From positions 18,836 to 82,835 of the forward strand of contig JANRKO010000076.1 of NCBI GenBank assembly GCA_033763455.1: DNA of 64,000 bases. The letters run 5' to 3'. Origin of the DNA: Polyangiaceae bacterium. Its GTDB lineage: Bacteria > Myxococcota_A > Polyangia > Polyangiales > Polyangiaceae. The notes under the pieces were generated by a model. The model made no database searches. It saw nothing but the letters and a program-made list of their open reading frames with translations, and was not told the DNA's origin. Positions 50,001 to 58,740 of the stretch are shown here, in pieces (position 1 is the first letter of the stretch; each line of letters starts with the position of its first letter). Position numbers and translations under genes: made by a program.

Positions 50001-53000
50001 ATCCAGCTCGCGGATCTCGGGGTCGATAAATGAAGCTACCCTGAACCCGACACCGTCGTAGGTAACAGAAGCCCGGAGCGCATCGTGGCGCTGCACGACT
50101 TGTCGAAAGGCACGGCGAAGCACGGGCAAGCAAACGCTTCCGGTCAAGCGGAAGGAGCACGGCTCATTCAAAGCCAAGGCCGCCTCTTCGCTGACCTGGG
50201 TAGCGAGCCAGAGCTCGGTTTGGGCTTCTGTGAGGGGAACTTCCTTGTAGCTGAGGTGCCGTGGTCGGGCTTCTAGGAAGCCTCCTTCCACGAGGCGCTC
50301 GGCGGCCTGCTTGAAGCGCGCGATCAACGCGTCGAAGTCAGCATCCGTGTGCTCCGTCGTCATGAACCCGGGGCGGCCTTCCCAGATGTGGACGCCTAGG
50401 TAGCGGAGCTCTTGATAGAATAGTCCTTCAAACTCCGGGTCACCACCGTACTTGGGCAATACCACTGAGGCAAAATGCTCGACGTGGATCGGGATACCAC
50501 GCTGTTCGAAATGATCGTTGAGCTCAGCCGCGAACCGTGCGCAGCGAACGTTCACGCGCTCTTGAAGTGCTGGGCCTTCGGCCTCCATCCGGTCCAGCAC
50601 GGCTTCGATGGCAGCAAGTGTCAGTGGGTGACGCACGAAAGTGCCTGCGAAATAGGTGACCCCCGCTTCCGGGAAAGATTCATCGCCGTAGCGCCAGGTG
50701 CCGCCGTCGAGGGCGTCCATGTATTGGCGTTTGCCGGCGACCACGCCGATGGGCATCCCACCGCCGATGACCTTACCGTAGGCTGCCAGATCCGCCTCGA
50801 CCCCAAAGAAGCCTTGCGCCCCGCGCGGGCCGGCGCGAAACCCGGTGATGATCTCGTCAAAGATGAGCGGAATTTGCAGGCGCTCGGTCAACCGACGCAG
50901 TGCGCGCAAGAATTCTCTGGGCTGAAGATGAGGTGCACGGCTTTGCACCGGCTCCACCAACACAGCGGCGAGCTCGTCCGCCCGCTCTTCGATGATCTTG
51001 AGGGACTCCGGGTTGTCGTAGTCCAGCACAACGATGTTCGACGACGCATCCTGCGGGATACCTGGAGCTACGGGAACGCTGCGTTTTTTCCCGCCCACCG
51101 TCTTCGAGCGCACCAGCACTTCGTCGAAGATGCCGTGATAATCCCCGGTAAACGTGGCGATCTTGTCTTTGCCGGTGACGGTGCGGGCCAAGCGCATCGT
51201 AGCGAGCACCGCTTCGGAGCCCGTGTTGCAGAAGGTGGCGCGGTCCATTCCCGTGAGCGCGCAGATGCGCTTGGCGAGCTGACCTGCAATGGGCGAGGTC
51301 GGGCCATAATCGAGATTGCGGTGCAGCTGCTTCTCGAGTGCCTTGACCACCATATCCGGCGCGTGGCCGAACAGCACCGCACCAAAGCCTCCCACACAAT
51401 CAATGTATTGATTGCCATCAATGTCCCACATGTACGCGCCTTTGGAGCGGTCCACAGCGACGGGATAGACGATCTCTTTCCAAAGCTGTTTGAACCCGCC
51501 CACGGCGCGTGGATCGGCGAAGTGATCACGGTGTTCTGCCGTGAGTGCTTTGGATGAGGGCGTCTTGGAGAGAACCCGCTCGGTGAGATCCGCCAGGTGC
51601 CGTCGCTGCCGATCATTGAGGCCGCCGTCGCGCCCGCGCTCGATGGGCTTGTACGGGCCGAAGCGCTTGGGGCCATCGGGTTCCATTACGGCCGAGGTGC
51701 CGGAAGCGGTGGGCTTGGCAGAGGCGGCACCGACTGCGCTCGATGGGCCTGCGGCCGCCGCTGGTGCGGGTGCTGCCAGAGCCTGCGGTGCCAATGGAGC
51801 AGCGGGCATGTTTTGGCCTTGAGGGGTGCCACGGAGAGCCGCCAACAGGGACGAAGTGGTTTGAAGTTGTTGAGCGAGCACCAGCTCCAACAGGTTGGCT
51901 GGGCCTCCTCCGGCAGGGAACGTAATCGGGGCGCCGCTTGCCACTGGAAGCTGGGCGTTGCCAGCTGGAGCTTGCACAGCCACGGGCGCTGCCGCAGCCT
52001 GCGCCACCGGTGCTGCGGGCAGCGCGTCCGGGGGCAACTCTCCGTCGATGTAGCGTGCCAAGGCACTCAAGCAGGGTGCATCTTGGAATAGCTGGCGAAA
52101 GGTTACCTTGACGCCGAGCGCGCGTTTGAAGCCCAAGCTAGCTTGCGTAAGAAATAAGGAGTCGAAGCCCATTTCGACGAACGGGGTATCTACTTCTTGT
52201 TGATCGGGTTCCAGCCCACTGAGTTCGAAGACCACCTCCTTCAGGCGGAGGAGGATGCGGTCGTAGCGAGGTTCGGAGGAAGGCATGTTGATCACCACGG
52301 GTTCGGCTACAGGAATTGGGGAAGTCGGTGCTGGCAACGCACGCTCTTTTTGCGGAGGGTCGAAGTAGAAACGTTTGCGTTCGAAAGGATACGTGGGGAG
52401 CGCTACGCGCTGCCGGTGCTCGTTGGGCCAAGGCTTTCCCCAATCAAGATCCACACCGGCGAGCCAAAGGCGAGCGAAGGACTCCAGGAATGCCTGCTCA
52501 TCTTCCAGCTCTTCCTTCGGGTGCCTCAGCGAAGCCACGATATTGGCGGTGGGAAACTGCGCGCGCCCCAGTGAGCCGAGCGTCTTTCCTGGGCCGACCT
52601 CCAACAACACGCGCCCCGCGTTCTCGCTCAACAAGGTCTGCACGCCTTGTCCGAAGTGAACCGTGCCCCTCAAATGCTGCACCCAGTACTGAGGATCTTG
52701 AGCTTCCTCGGGGCGGATCCAGGTGCCGCTGCGATTAGAGATGAAAGGGATGCGAGGCGGTTCTAGATCCAAGCTCTCCAGATACTGCTGGAAAGGAGCG
52801 AGTATGGGTTCTACGAGCCGCGAATGCGCGGCGATCGAGATTTGGATGCGGCGTGCGTCTACGTCGCGCGCACGCAGCACTTGCTCCAAGCGATCCAAAA
52901 GCTCGTTGGGCCCAGAGGCAACGCACATGTCTGGGGCGTTGACGACTGCCAGATCTAGGTCACCCAGTAGTGGTTGCAGCTCCTCAGCAGCGAGTGGGAC

Positions 53001-56000
53001 ATGCAGCATGCCGCTCTCGGGAATACGTTCGAACAGTTGGCCACGCAGTGTGACTAGGCCGAGCCCAGCCTCGAAGCTCATGACGCCAGCCAGGTGCGCT
53101 GCGGTATTTTCGCCCATGCTGTGGCCGATGAATGCCTCCGGTTCCACGCCCCAGGCGCGCCAGAGGTGGGTGAGCGCTACCTCTAACAAGAAAAGCGCGG
53201 GCAGCTGCACGGAAGGGCGCTGGAATTCCCGCTCGAAGGCTGCGGTGTCTTGGCCAAACCAAAGGCTCTTCAGGTCAACGTCTAGCTTGCCGTGAAGCCA
53301 CACGAACCCGCGATCGAGCCACTCCCGAAAGACGGGTTCGGCCTCGTACAGGCCCGCTCCCATGCGTGCGTATTGTGCGCCCCCGCCGGGGAACATGAAG
53401 ACTACCTTGGCCGCTTTGGTACGAGTGGCCTGCGTGAACAACCTCGCTGGATCGCGTGCCTCCAAGGCCGCTAGTACGCCAGCGGCGTTTTCGGCCACCA
53501 CTGCGCGCCGGTGGTTCAGAGCGGCTCGGCCTTGAGCGAGCGTGAAAGCCACATCGGCCAGGTTCGCGTCAGGTCGCTCCGCGAGGAAGCTTACCAACTG
53601 AGCGGTTCTCGCTTCTAGGGCTTCTTTGCTGCGCGCCGACAAAACGATGGGATGAAATCTGCGAGCGCTCGCCTGGCTTTGCACTCTCGGAGGCTCTTCC
53701 AGCGCCACATGAGCATTCGTGCCCCCGAGACCAAATGCGCTCACCCCAGCGCGTCGAGGCGTCGCGCCTTGTGGCCAGGGTGAAGCCTCTTGGTTTACGA
53801 AAAATGGCGTGTTCGGGAAATCAATCTGCGGGTTCGGCTGCTCAAAGTGTGCGGTGGGGACCAAGCGCCGGTGGTAAAGGCAGAGAGCCGTCTTGATCAG
53901 GCCTGCAACTCCGGCAGCCGCAATCAAGTGCCCCACATTGCTCTTGACGCTGCCAAGCGCGCATGAATGCGGAGGCAGCTCTTCGCCCGAGAATGCGCTG
54001 AGCAGGCCCTGTACTTCAATCGGATCGCCGATGGGTGTCGCGGTTCCATGGGCTTCGATGTAGCCGATGGTGCTGGGCGCGAAGCGCGCGAGCTGATGAG
54101 CGCGGCGCACTACCTCGCTCTGTCCGTCGGCGCTCGGCGCGCTGAAGCTCATCTTCTCGGAGCCATCGTTGTTGACCGCCGCACCCTTAATCACGGCATA
54201 GATGGTGTTGCCATCTTCCAGCGCGGCTGAGAGCCGCTTGAGCACTACGGTTCCCACGCCGTCGCTGAATACCGTGCCATCCGCACGCGCGTCGAAGGGC
54301 CTGCACCTGCCGTCTGAAGAGCCGATGTCTCCCGGTTGGAAGAGGTAGCCTTGCTTCTCGGGGAAAAGCACGCAAGCTCCACCGGCTAACGCCATGTCGC
54401 AATCCCCGGCCAGCAGGCTCTGGCACGCCTGAACGACCGCGACCAGTGAGGTCGAGCACGCCGTCTGCACAGACACGGCAGGGCCGCGCAAACCGAGCTT
54501 GTAGGCCACGCGCGTCGCGATGTAATCGTTCTGGTTGCCGATCATCGCGGTAACGCGCTCTTCAGGGCCGAGCGCCGACGGGTCACTGTAGAGATTGTGC
54601 AGGAGGTACGTGTTGCTCCGCATGCCGGTGCTCACGCCACCCCAGACCCCGATGCGCCAAGTAGCGTCAGCCACGGCGCCCTGCCCCGCGTGTTCGAGCG
54701 CCGTCCAGCATGTTTCCAAGAACAGGCGTTGTTGCGGATCGGTGAGCGTAGCCTCTCGTGGACTGATGCCGAAAAAGGCGGCGTCCAACGAGGTGGCTTC
54801 GGCGCACAACCCCCGGGCTTTGACGAAGTTGGGGTCAGCAAGCAGCTCTTCGGCGACGCCTTCGGCGCGCAACTCTTCGTCACTAAAGTGCGCGATCGAA
54901 TCCACGCCCGCCTGCAGGTTAGACCAAAATGTTTCGAGGTTGGGAGCGCCGGGCAAGCGGCAGGCCATACCCACTATGGCAATAGAATCGGAATCCCAGC
55001 TACTCGCCGCATGGGCGAGCGCTTCGGATTGTGTAGAGCCCGGCTCTGCTTTGGGAGCGTCCAGATGGCGCGCCAGGCTCCGTACTGTCGGCCTCTGAAA
55101 GAGCACGGTGGTAGGCACGCGCACTTTCAAGCGTTCGAAGATGCGCGTGGCGAGTTGCATCGTCATGAGCGAGGTGCCCCCCAGCTCGAAAAAGCTATCA
55201 TCGACGCCCACGCGATCGATGCGCAAAAGGTCGCGCCAAAGATCCGCCAGCACCCGCTCCGTGCTTGTTCCGGGTTCGACGTAGGCTTCCGAGAGTTCAG
55301 GGCGTTGCCTGTTCGACGCCGAAAGAGCCCGGCGATCCACCTTGCCGCTAGGGGTTAATGGTAATGACGCAAGGAACGCGAACGCCGAGGGCACCATGTA
55401 GTCGGGCAATTGCTTCGTCAGCTGCTCGCGTAGTGAGGCTTCCGTTCTCTCTCCAGCTTGCCCCTCCAGCACCACAAACGCTCGGAGCCTCTTGTCCCCG
55501 CTTTCTCCCTCGGCCACCACCACGGCTTCGCGCACTCCGGGACAGGCGGACAAGCCTGCTTCCACCTCACCCAGCTCCACGCGGAAGCCTCGAACTTTGA
55601 CCTGTTGATCGGCCCTGCCAAGAAAATCAAGCTCACCATTGACAGCCTGGGACACGAGATCGCCCGTGCGATACAGCCTGCCCTGCCCCGATGGATGAGG
55701 AACGAAACGTTCTCGGGTCAGATCCTCTCGGCGCCAATATTCGCGTGCTAGAGCCACACCACCGAGGAACAATTCGCCAGGCTGCCCGGGGGAAACGGGG
55801 TGACCATCGGGGTCCAGCAGGTGGAGCTCCACGTTGGGCAGAGCACCGCCGATAGATGGCAGCGTGACCCACTCTTTAGGATTTCGGCTGAGCGTGTGGG
55901 CGGTGACAACGTGGGTTTCGCTTGGGCCGTAGTGGTTGTGCAGTGTTGCGTTGGGCGCACGCTCGAAGAAACGACGGATCTTATCGTTGATCTGAAGTTG

Positions 56001-56813
56001 CTCCCCGGCAGTTGTTACCTCGCGTAGGCTTTCTGGAATAAGGCCCGTGGCGACGGCAGCATCGGCGAGCTGCAAGAGCACCACGTACGGAACGAAGATG
56101 CGCTCGATGTGGTGATCGTGGATATATTGGAGGAGGCCGAGCGCGTCGCGCCGCGTGCTCTCATCAATGAGCACCAGGGTACCCCCCGTGATCCAGGTAC
56201 TAAAAATCTCTTGGAATGAGACGTCAAAGCTCAAGGGTGAGAACTGGAGCGTTCGCGCAGGTGTCCGGTACGAAGGGTGAGCCGCGTGCCAACGCATCAA
56301 GTTCGCCAGGGCAGCGTGAGGAAGCGCGACGCCCTTGGGCTTGCCGGTCGAGCCAGACGTATAGATGACGTACGCGAGCTCACTCGCCGTCACCGGAGCA
56401 GGTATAAGCGTGGATGGGACGGAGAACTCGAGATCCTCCATGATGAGAACGCGCCCTGCGAAATTAGCAAATTGCGCTTGGTAGGCGCGCTCGGTGATCA
56501 GCACCGAAGCCTGGCTGTCCTCGAGCATCCAACGCAGGCGTTCGGTCGGGTAGCTGGGGTCGAGCGGCACGTAGGCTCCGCCGGCGATCAGCGTCCCGAG
56601 AATTCCAACCGGAGCGTGGAGACTGCGACCGAGGCAGAGGCCAACGAGCGAACCCGGCGTGACCCCCAGTGTCAGCAAGCACGCCGCCAAGCTCTTGGCT
56701 CGGTCGCGCAGCTCGCGATAGGTGAGCGTTTGATTTAGGTGGACCACGGCAGGCGCATCACCTGTCTGGGCTGCCTGAAGGAGCACGGCTTCGTGTGCGC
56801 AGGACCAATTCAC
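47052..56813 (-). CDS. hybrid NRPS/PKS: A-T-KS-AT-ACP-aminotransferase-C-A-T, no TE
   Basis: A1 YTSGSTGKPKG; T LGGTSL; KS QTACSTS/EAHGT/NVGH; AT GHSMG; ACP GFDSL; class III AMT DEIITGFR/YGKVIGGG; C HHIVCDG; A2 FTSGSTGRPKG; T LGGHSL. Confidence 0.95.
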   Translation of the reverse strand: MNWSCAHEAVLLQAAQTGDAPAVVHLNQTLTYRELRDRAKSLAACLLTLGVTPGSLVGLCLGRSLHAPVGILGTLIAGGAYVPLDPSYPTERLRWMLEDSQASVLITERAYQAQFANFAGRVLIMEDLEFSVPSTLIPAPVTASELAYVIYTSGSTGKPKGVALPHAALANLMRWHAAHPSYRTPARTLQFSPLSFDVSFQEIFSTWITGGTLVLIDESTRRDALGLLQYIHDHHIERIFVPYVVLLQLADAAVATGLIPESLREVTTAGEQLQINDKIRRFFERAPNATLHNHYGPSETHVVTAHTLSRNPKEWVTLPSIGGALPNVELHLLDPDGHPVSPGQPGELFLGGVALAREYWRREDLTRERFVPHPSGQGRLYRTGDLVSQAVNGELDFLGRADQQVKVRGFRVELGEVEAGLSACPGVREAVVVAEGESGDKRLRAFVVLEGQAGERTEASLREQLTKQLPDYMVPSAFAFLASLPLTPSGKVDRRALSASNRQRPELSEAYVEPGTSTERVLADLWRDLLRIDRVGVDDSFFELGGTSLMTMQLATRIFERLKVRVPTTVLFQRPTVRSLARHLDAPKAEPGSTQSEALAHAASSWDSDSIAIVGMACRLPGAPNLETFWSNLQAGVDSIAHFSDEELRAEGVAEELLADPNFVKARGLCAEATSLDAAFFGISPREATLTDPQQRLFLETCWTALEHAGQGAVADATWRIGVWGGVSTGMRSNTYLLHNLYSDPSALGPEERVTAMIGNQNDYIATRVAYKLGLRGPAVSVQTACSTSLVAVVQACQSLLAGDCDMALAGGACVLFPEKQGYLFQPGDIGSSDGRCRPFDARADGTVFSDGVGTVVLKRLSAALEDGNTIYAVIKGAAVNNDGSEKMSFSAPSADGQSEVVRRAHQLARFAPSTIGYIEAHGTATPIGDPIEVQGLLSAFSGEELPPHSCALGSVKSNVGHLIAAAGVAGLIKTALCLYHRRLVPTAHFEQPNPQIDFPNTPFFVNQEASPWPQGATPRRAGVSAFGLGGTNAHVALEEPPRVQSQASARRFHPIVLSARSKEALEARTAQLVSFLAERPDANLADVAFTLAQGRAALNHRRAVVAENAAGVLAALEARDPARLFTQATRTKAAKVVFMFPGGGAQYARMGAGLYEAEPVFREWLDRGFVWLHGKLDVDLKSLWFGQDTAAFEREFQRPSVQLPALFLLEVALTHLWRAWGVEPEAFIGHSMGENTAAHLAGVMSFEAGLGLVTLRGQLFERIPESGMLHVPLAAEELQPLLGDLDLAVVNAPDMCVASGPNELLDRLEQVLRARDVDARRIQISIAAHSRLVEPILAPFQQYLESLDLEPPRIPFISNRSGTWIRPEEAQDPQYWVQHLRGTVHFGQGVQTLLSENAGRVLLEVGPGKTLGSLGRAQFPTANIVASLRHPKEELEDEQAFLESFARLWLAGVDLDWGKPWPNEHRQRVALPTYPFERKRFYFDPPQKERALPAPTSPIPVAEPVVINMPSSEPRYDRILLRLKEVVFELSGLEPDQQEVDTPFVEMGFDSLFLTQASLGFKRALGVKVTFRQLFQDAPCLSALARYIDGELPPDALPAAPVAQAAAAPVAVQAPAGNAQLPVASGAPITFPAGGGPANLLELVLAQQLQTTSSLLAALRGTPQGQNMPAAPLAPQALAAPAPAAAAGPSSAVGAASAKPTASGTSAVMEPDGPKRFGPYKPIERGRDGGLNDRQRRHLADLTERVLSKTPSSKALTAEHRDHFADPRAVGGFKQLWKEIVYPVAVDRSKGAYMWDIDGNQYIDCVGGFGAVLFGHAPDMVVKALEKQLHRNLDYGPTSPIAGQLAKRICALTGMDRATFCNTGSEAVLATMRLARTVTGKDKIATFTGDYHGIFDEVLVRSKTVGGKKRSVPVAPGIPQDASSNIVVLDYDNPESLKIIEERADELAAVLVEPVQSRAPHLQPREFLRALRRLTERLQIPLIFDEIITGFRAGPRGAQGFFGVEADLAAYGKVIGGGMPIGVVAGKRQYMDALDGGTWRYGDESFPEAGVTYFAGTFVRHPLTLAAIEAVLDRMEAEGPALQERVNVRCARFAAELNDHFEQRGIPIHVEHFASVVLPKYGGDPEFEGLFYQELRYLGVHIWEGRPGFMTTEHTDADFDALIARFKQAAERLVEGGFLEARPRHLSYKEVPLTEAQTELWLATQVSEEAALALNEPCSFRLTGSVCLPVLRRAFRQVVQRHDALRASVTYDGVGFRVASFIDPEIRELDLSALSESEREQARSDFYREDSRTPFDLTRGPLVRATLIKLAPDDHELLVTVHHIVCDGWSISILIHDLSQLYTSNLTGRSSQLSPPRQLADYTEWEREHAQSAEAKESQAFWIHQYSTVPAPIELPFDRPRPARKTFRSMRHAKTIDRSVGNRLKEYAKAEKCTLFSVLLSAFSVLMHRLTGQSDLAIGIPAAGQAQLGANDLIAHCVNYLPLRIQLDPAENLANLLLRIKQQLLDSNEHQDFTLGTLLKHVSVDRDPARPTLISVDFNVDPALPGLEFRGLKAEYVSTPRDYAMLDLSLNVIETDGALLLECDHNLDLIDPETARRWMAHYEALISDLVQNTHLPIQQIPLGSVAEQTSESEWNATGVVVPELGPVSHLFEQQAERTPDAPALMTHDGQVSYAALNARANQIARWLGNFGVSAGSTVGVYMPREPALYSVLLGILKAGAAYLPLDPDYPEERLEWMAKESGVSVVLQLQATADSVAQPTPNFAGARVVTLAEHQAALDRTSTDPISSGPSLEAVAYVLFTSGSTGRPKGVEITHAAVAHLLHAMSLVCPLQPGDRVLQQYSLNFDPSVWEIFGTLCSGAELVVPERPLDGDAEALFEAVIRNQITVLDTVPAVLKGFSEHPRLSECRSLRRFQCGGEQLPYAVGKKCVDTLGIPLVNLYGPTEATVNAVAWTWEPNTEPERVLIGSPLANCTAYVLGPKLEPVPIGVVGELYLGGPQLFRGYVNHPEWTRERLLPDPFSQVPGARLYKTGDRVRRRASGALEFVGRTDSQVKLRGLRVELGEIESTLLASELVGECAVLVRELEGLGPELIAYVVPKPGEVVSAQSLRVKLRERLPTAMVPQHFVLLAELVRLPSGKIDIAQLPAPSPRERQLDVEMVAPTTETERWLAEIWRDVLQKPAVGIHDDFFDLGGHSLLAMRMLSKVSAAGRSRLSLRDVFESPTIAELAKRVEARSQERTPTARQAGMSEVVF

Positions 56814-56983
56814 GCTAACGCTTCCTTGTGCCAGCTACTGAGAAAACCTGCGCCGTGAGCTGCGAGCATACCTCAACCACCATCCGCCCCGCGTGGGGGC
56901 CGCCCAACACCATAGGTGAAGGGGCTCGCCGTGGCCACCCATTAGCCCATATCTGGAATCGAGGCACCGCCCTTATCCGTTCC

Positions 56984-57952
56984 TCAGAACACGATGCGTT
57001 CTTTGCTTGAACTTGCGGGAGGCGCCGAACTTCGATGGGAACGCCGCCGTGTGCTCGGTGGGGTTTGCGAGACCTCTAGCTCAGAAAACCGGCGGCCTAG
57101 CCACGCCTCGATATGGCAGACCAAAGATTCACGGTCAGCGAGAACTGTATAAGTGTGGTCGGCCGGGCCCAGGAAATGAACGTCGGCACATTGGGCAAGC
57201 TCAGGGGCAGGGAACATCTCCGCGAATTGGCGCTCATGGTTGAAGTAGCCCGAACCGCCGCTGTAGATGAAAAGCAACTTCGCCCCACGCTTCGCTAGGC
57301 GCGACAAGTGGCCGGCAACCACCGACGCTGGCGGGAACTGCCGGTCAAAGATGTCGAGCGCTGCCCCGGCTGGTGACCCCGCACTTGCGGCGCCCTTTCC
57401 GGGATGTTGGAGTGCCTTCAACGCCGCGAGTGAGGTCGCATTTTTCACCTGGCGGCTGAGGAACGCTAGCACCTTCTTGGGCTGCAGGGCGCGGGCCAGG
57501 TAGTGTCGTCGATAGAAGCCTGCCGTGCGAAAACCAAACCCGTCGAGCAATACCGCGCCCACAACGCGCGCATCCGCTACAGCCGAGGAGAGAGCGTCGT
57601 CCGCACCTGAGCAGAGCCCGAGCAGCACGAAGCGATCGAAACTATATTGTTGCTGCAAGTAGTCCATGGCGGCTTGCACGTCCACGACGGCACGTTCCAA
57701 TTCATTGAGATCATCTACAGGAAGCTCGCTGTCGCCGAGACCGGATAGGTCAAATCGCAAGGTTGCGAAACCAACGCTCGCGAGCCGCCTAGCCAGCTCC
57801 ACATACAAGCGGTAGGGGCCAACACGATGCAGCACGCCCGCGTTCACGAAGATCAGCGCAACTTCTCGACGCTTGTCACCTATGGGAAGGGTGAGCACGC
57901 CCATGAGGTTCTTTCGTGTCTCGCGACCAAAACTGCAAGCGCGTTCAAGCAT
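56984..57952 (-). CDS. alpha/beta hydrolase (exosortase-A 'hydrolase 1'-like)
   Basis: HRVGPYRLYVELARRLA, RFDLSGLGDS, GLCSGA, ADHTY. ATG at 57952 overlaps the upstream stop. Confidence 0.85.
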   Translation of the reverse strand: MLERACSFGRETRKNLMGVLTLPIGDKRREVALIFVNAGVLHRVGPYRLYVELARRLASVGFATLRFDLSGLGDSELPVDDLNELERAVVDVQAAMDYLQQQYSFDRFVLLGLCSGADDALSSAVADARVVGAVLLDGFGFRTAGFYRRHYLARALQPKKVLAFLSRQVKNATSLAALKALQHPGKGAASAGSPAGAALDIFDRQFPPASVVAGHLSRLAKRGAKLLFIYSGGSGYFNHERQFAEMFPAPELAQCADVHFLGPADHTYTVLADRESLVCHIEAWLGRRFSELEVSQTPPSTRRRSHRSSAPPASSSKERIVF

Positions 57953-58733
57953 GATGCCTCGCCGTAAGGAGTGAAGTGATCGTGCGCACACTTGCCGGAA
58001 CGAGTAGGGCCTCCTCGATCTGGCTCGCATCGCCCCAGGCGCCCCGTTCGGGGAGGTCGACCCAGGCCACCTTGCCGCCTGCGGCACGGTAGGTGTTTGA
58101 GAGGACCGTGGCTTCGGCGTCGTTTGGCTCAGCCAACAACACCGCCTCGCCGCAGGTCGGCACGGGGGTACTTGCCAAGTTGAGCGCCGCAAGGTCTTGG
58201 CGCAGCAAACGGGGGTACGCGAAGCCTACCAATTCATCCGGACCTGTTTCGCGTCCCTCGGGAAAACGCAGCGGATCCCGAAGTACCCCACGCTGGAGCT
58301 CCCCCAGCTCCTCAAGATACTTTCGACCCGAACACACTGGGTCCCAAAGCACAAGGGTGTCGACCCGGAGCGACGGAGTCGCCGCCAGAGCAGCAAGCGT
58401 CGCTCCGAAGCGCCATCCAACCACCGACAGGGTCCGGAGTTCTCCCAACGTTCGGAGTTCGGCCGCGGCGCACTCGGTATCTTCAATCCAGCGGGTGAGA
58501 CTGCCCTCCCCGCTCGCGCCCGCAGAATCGCCCGTGCCGAAGTAATCGAAGCGCAGTACGTGGAAGTTGGCCTGCGTGAGTTGTTTGCCCAGCAACTTTA
58601 GCGCGCGGTGGGTGCGGATGTGCTCCTGGCCGAGTGGGGGGCAAATGAGCACTCCACAGGTGGAGGCGAGCTTGGGAGCTTCATAAATCGCAAACAGGGG
58701 TGAGTGGGAGGGACCGAAGAAGAATGGGTGCAT
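57945..58733 (-). CDS. alpha/beta hydrolase-fold protein (exosortase-A 'hydrolase 2'-like), no Ser nucleophile
   Basis: CPPLGQE, RFDYFGTGDS, GWRFG at the nucleophile elbow, LWDPVCSG. Confidence 0.85.
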   Translation of the reverse strand: MHPFFFGPSHSPLFAIYEAPKLASTCGVLICPPLGQEHIRTHRALKLLGKQLTQANFHVLRFDYFGTGDSAGASGEGSLTRWIEDTECAAAELRTLGELRTLSVVGWRFGATLAALAATPSLRVDTLVLWDPVCSGRKYLEELGELQRGVLRDPLRFPEGRETGPDELVGFAYPRLLRQDLAALNLASTPVPTCGEAVLLAEPNDAEATVLSNTYRAAGGKVAWVDLPERGAWGDASQIEEALLVPASVRTITSLLTARHHA

Positions 58734-58740
58734 CGCGCGC

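Noticed and set aside
50475..51557. 360-aa + strand ORF and many similar antisense ORFs
   Set aside because: Shadows of well-supported genes, as expected in high-GC DNA; no recognisable motifs.
57953..58192. N-terminal extension of the 402-aa ORF
   Set aside because: Overlaps hydrolase 2; similarity begins at ATG 57952.
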